Assembly: GCF_006345805.1 (NCBI RefSeq)
Contig: NC_042997.1
Span: 176,390,001 to 176,454,000, forward strand
DNA length: 64,000 bases
Reading direction: 5' to 3'
From: Octopus sinensis
Lineage: Eukaryota
Below are positions 62,871 through 64,000 of the stretch, in pieces. Under the pieces are notes generated by a model. It did no database searches and was not told the DNA's origin. It worked only from the letters and a program-made list of their open reading frames with translations. The first letter of the stretch is position 1. Every line of letters begins with the position of its first letter. Position numbers and translations under genes: made by a program.

Positions 62871-64000
62871 GTAAGATTTACATTTTACAAGATATTACTC
62901 TCACGAAGTGCCATAATATTGAAAACAAGCGATTATTTTGAGGGTGACGCTCTAAATTGGATCAAAGGGGTGGGATATCTTCCTTCTTTTTCTTTGACAT
63001 ATAACGTCTAAACATAGCATTCTGTTTTCTTTTTGTGATCTGGACTTTAAACTTATGTTGTTCTTGTATGTTTTCGATTAAAATTTACCGTGTTTTCTTC
63101 TTTATTCGTTAAATTATTAATAACCAGTTTTACAAGTCGATAAATTTTCATTAAATTAGCCATGAGTTTTATTTTTTTATCGTTTACATATTTCTCCTCG
63201 GTAGATACTTAAAAATGTTCAACGTAAATATTTTAATCAACTTCATTCCATCTTCGTTACCAAGTTTTCGTGATAAAATCTCTGTACGGTTTTGAATATT
63301 CTTATTTTGACACGTTTTATTTTCGAACCTGCATAATAATATTTTCATTTACGGATTTCAATTCATGCTTTTTATCTCCATCGATTCAATTCATAGATTC
63401 CTCAATAATGCTGTAAGGCCTTCAAAGTCATTCTTTATTTTAGCAGTAGTAGTAGTAGTAATAATAATAATGACACACATTATTTTGTAATGAATAATAA
63501 ATAACATTCAATAAATCATTATTTGAAGCGGGGAGGGTGGAGTATTTTTATTGTGTGCTATGTCTTGGGAAAATTCCAACTAATTTTCGTTATTGTGTTT
63601 TTTGTTTTAATTATTGTGCTGTTCTTATTTTCAAATGTTGGCCATAACATCCTTTTGCCATAGTGAAACGCCGTGCTGTGAATTGTGTACAAGTTATCGA
63701 TATGAATATAATTAGCTCTTATATATGTACAGTGTGTCGCTTGCGCTTCATTCAGAATTAGTATTTGTCTGGATTAATTTAGAAGCCAACTACATTTAAT
63801 ATACACTACACTACCCACACGTATTTCAAATCAATACATTATTACAGGCCCTGGATATAGACTTAATTGTACAACTGCATAGAATTTCTTACGTTTAAAA
63901 AATTCTTGTATAGTTTATTAACGACTGCATTACTCGAAGCACTACAAATATTGAAATAACTAATTTATACACATATGTTATATGTATGTATGTATGTTTT

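Overview
AT-rich, microsatellite- and transposon-dense eukaryotic DNA. The SINE and RTE repeat families suggest a cephalopod, most likely Octopus (inferred from recalled repeat families, not database-checked). Two protein-coding genes face away from each other. On the minus strand is the 5' half of a COPII coat gene, SEC24C/D: seven coding exons from 9471 down to 95 that splice in frame to 497 codons and continue off the left edge, with a probable non-coding first exon and promoter near 32.2-32.55 kb, implying an intron of about 22.7 kb. On the plus strand is the first coding exon of TRAPPC8 (62714-62870). Everything else is intronic or intergenic repeat: tRNA/CORE-type SINEs, RTE-LINE fragments with a hairpin-rich tandem 3'UTR, a DD36E Tc1 relic, two mariner relics, a Helitron, a solo LTR, and hAT- and piggyBac-type MITEs. 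The most interesting signal is four unrelated type-I hammerhead-ribozyme motifs (15405, 38455, 41045, 55693). Two have intact catalytic cores, one sits inside a 320-bp element bounded by 43-bp inverted repeats, and one is linked to a block shared with the Helitron. Also notable are a tandem pair of CREB3/CrebA-type TGCCACGT boxes at the putative SEC24C promoter and a triplicated RTE 3'UTR. No CRISPR array, tRNA gene or rRNA gene was supportable. Repeat boundaries are approximate unless target-site duplications (TSDs) are given.
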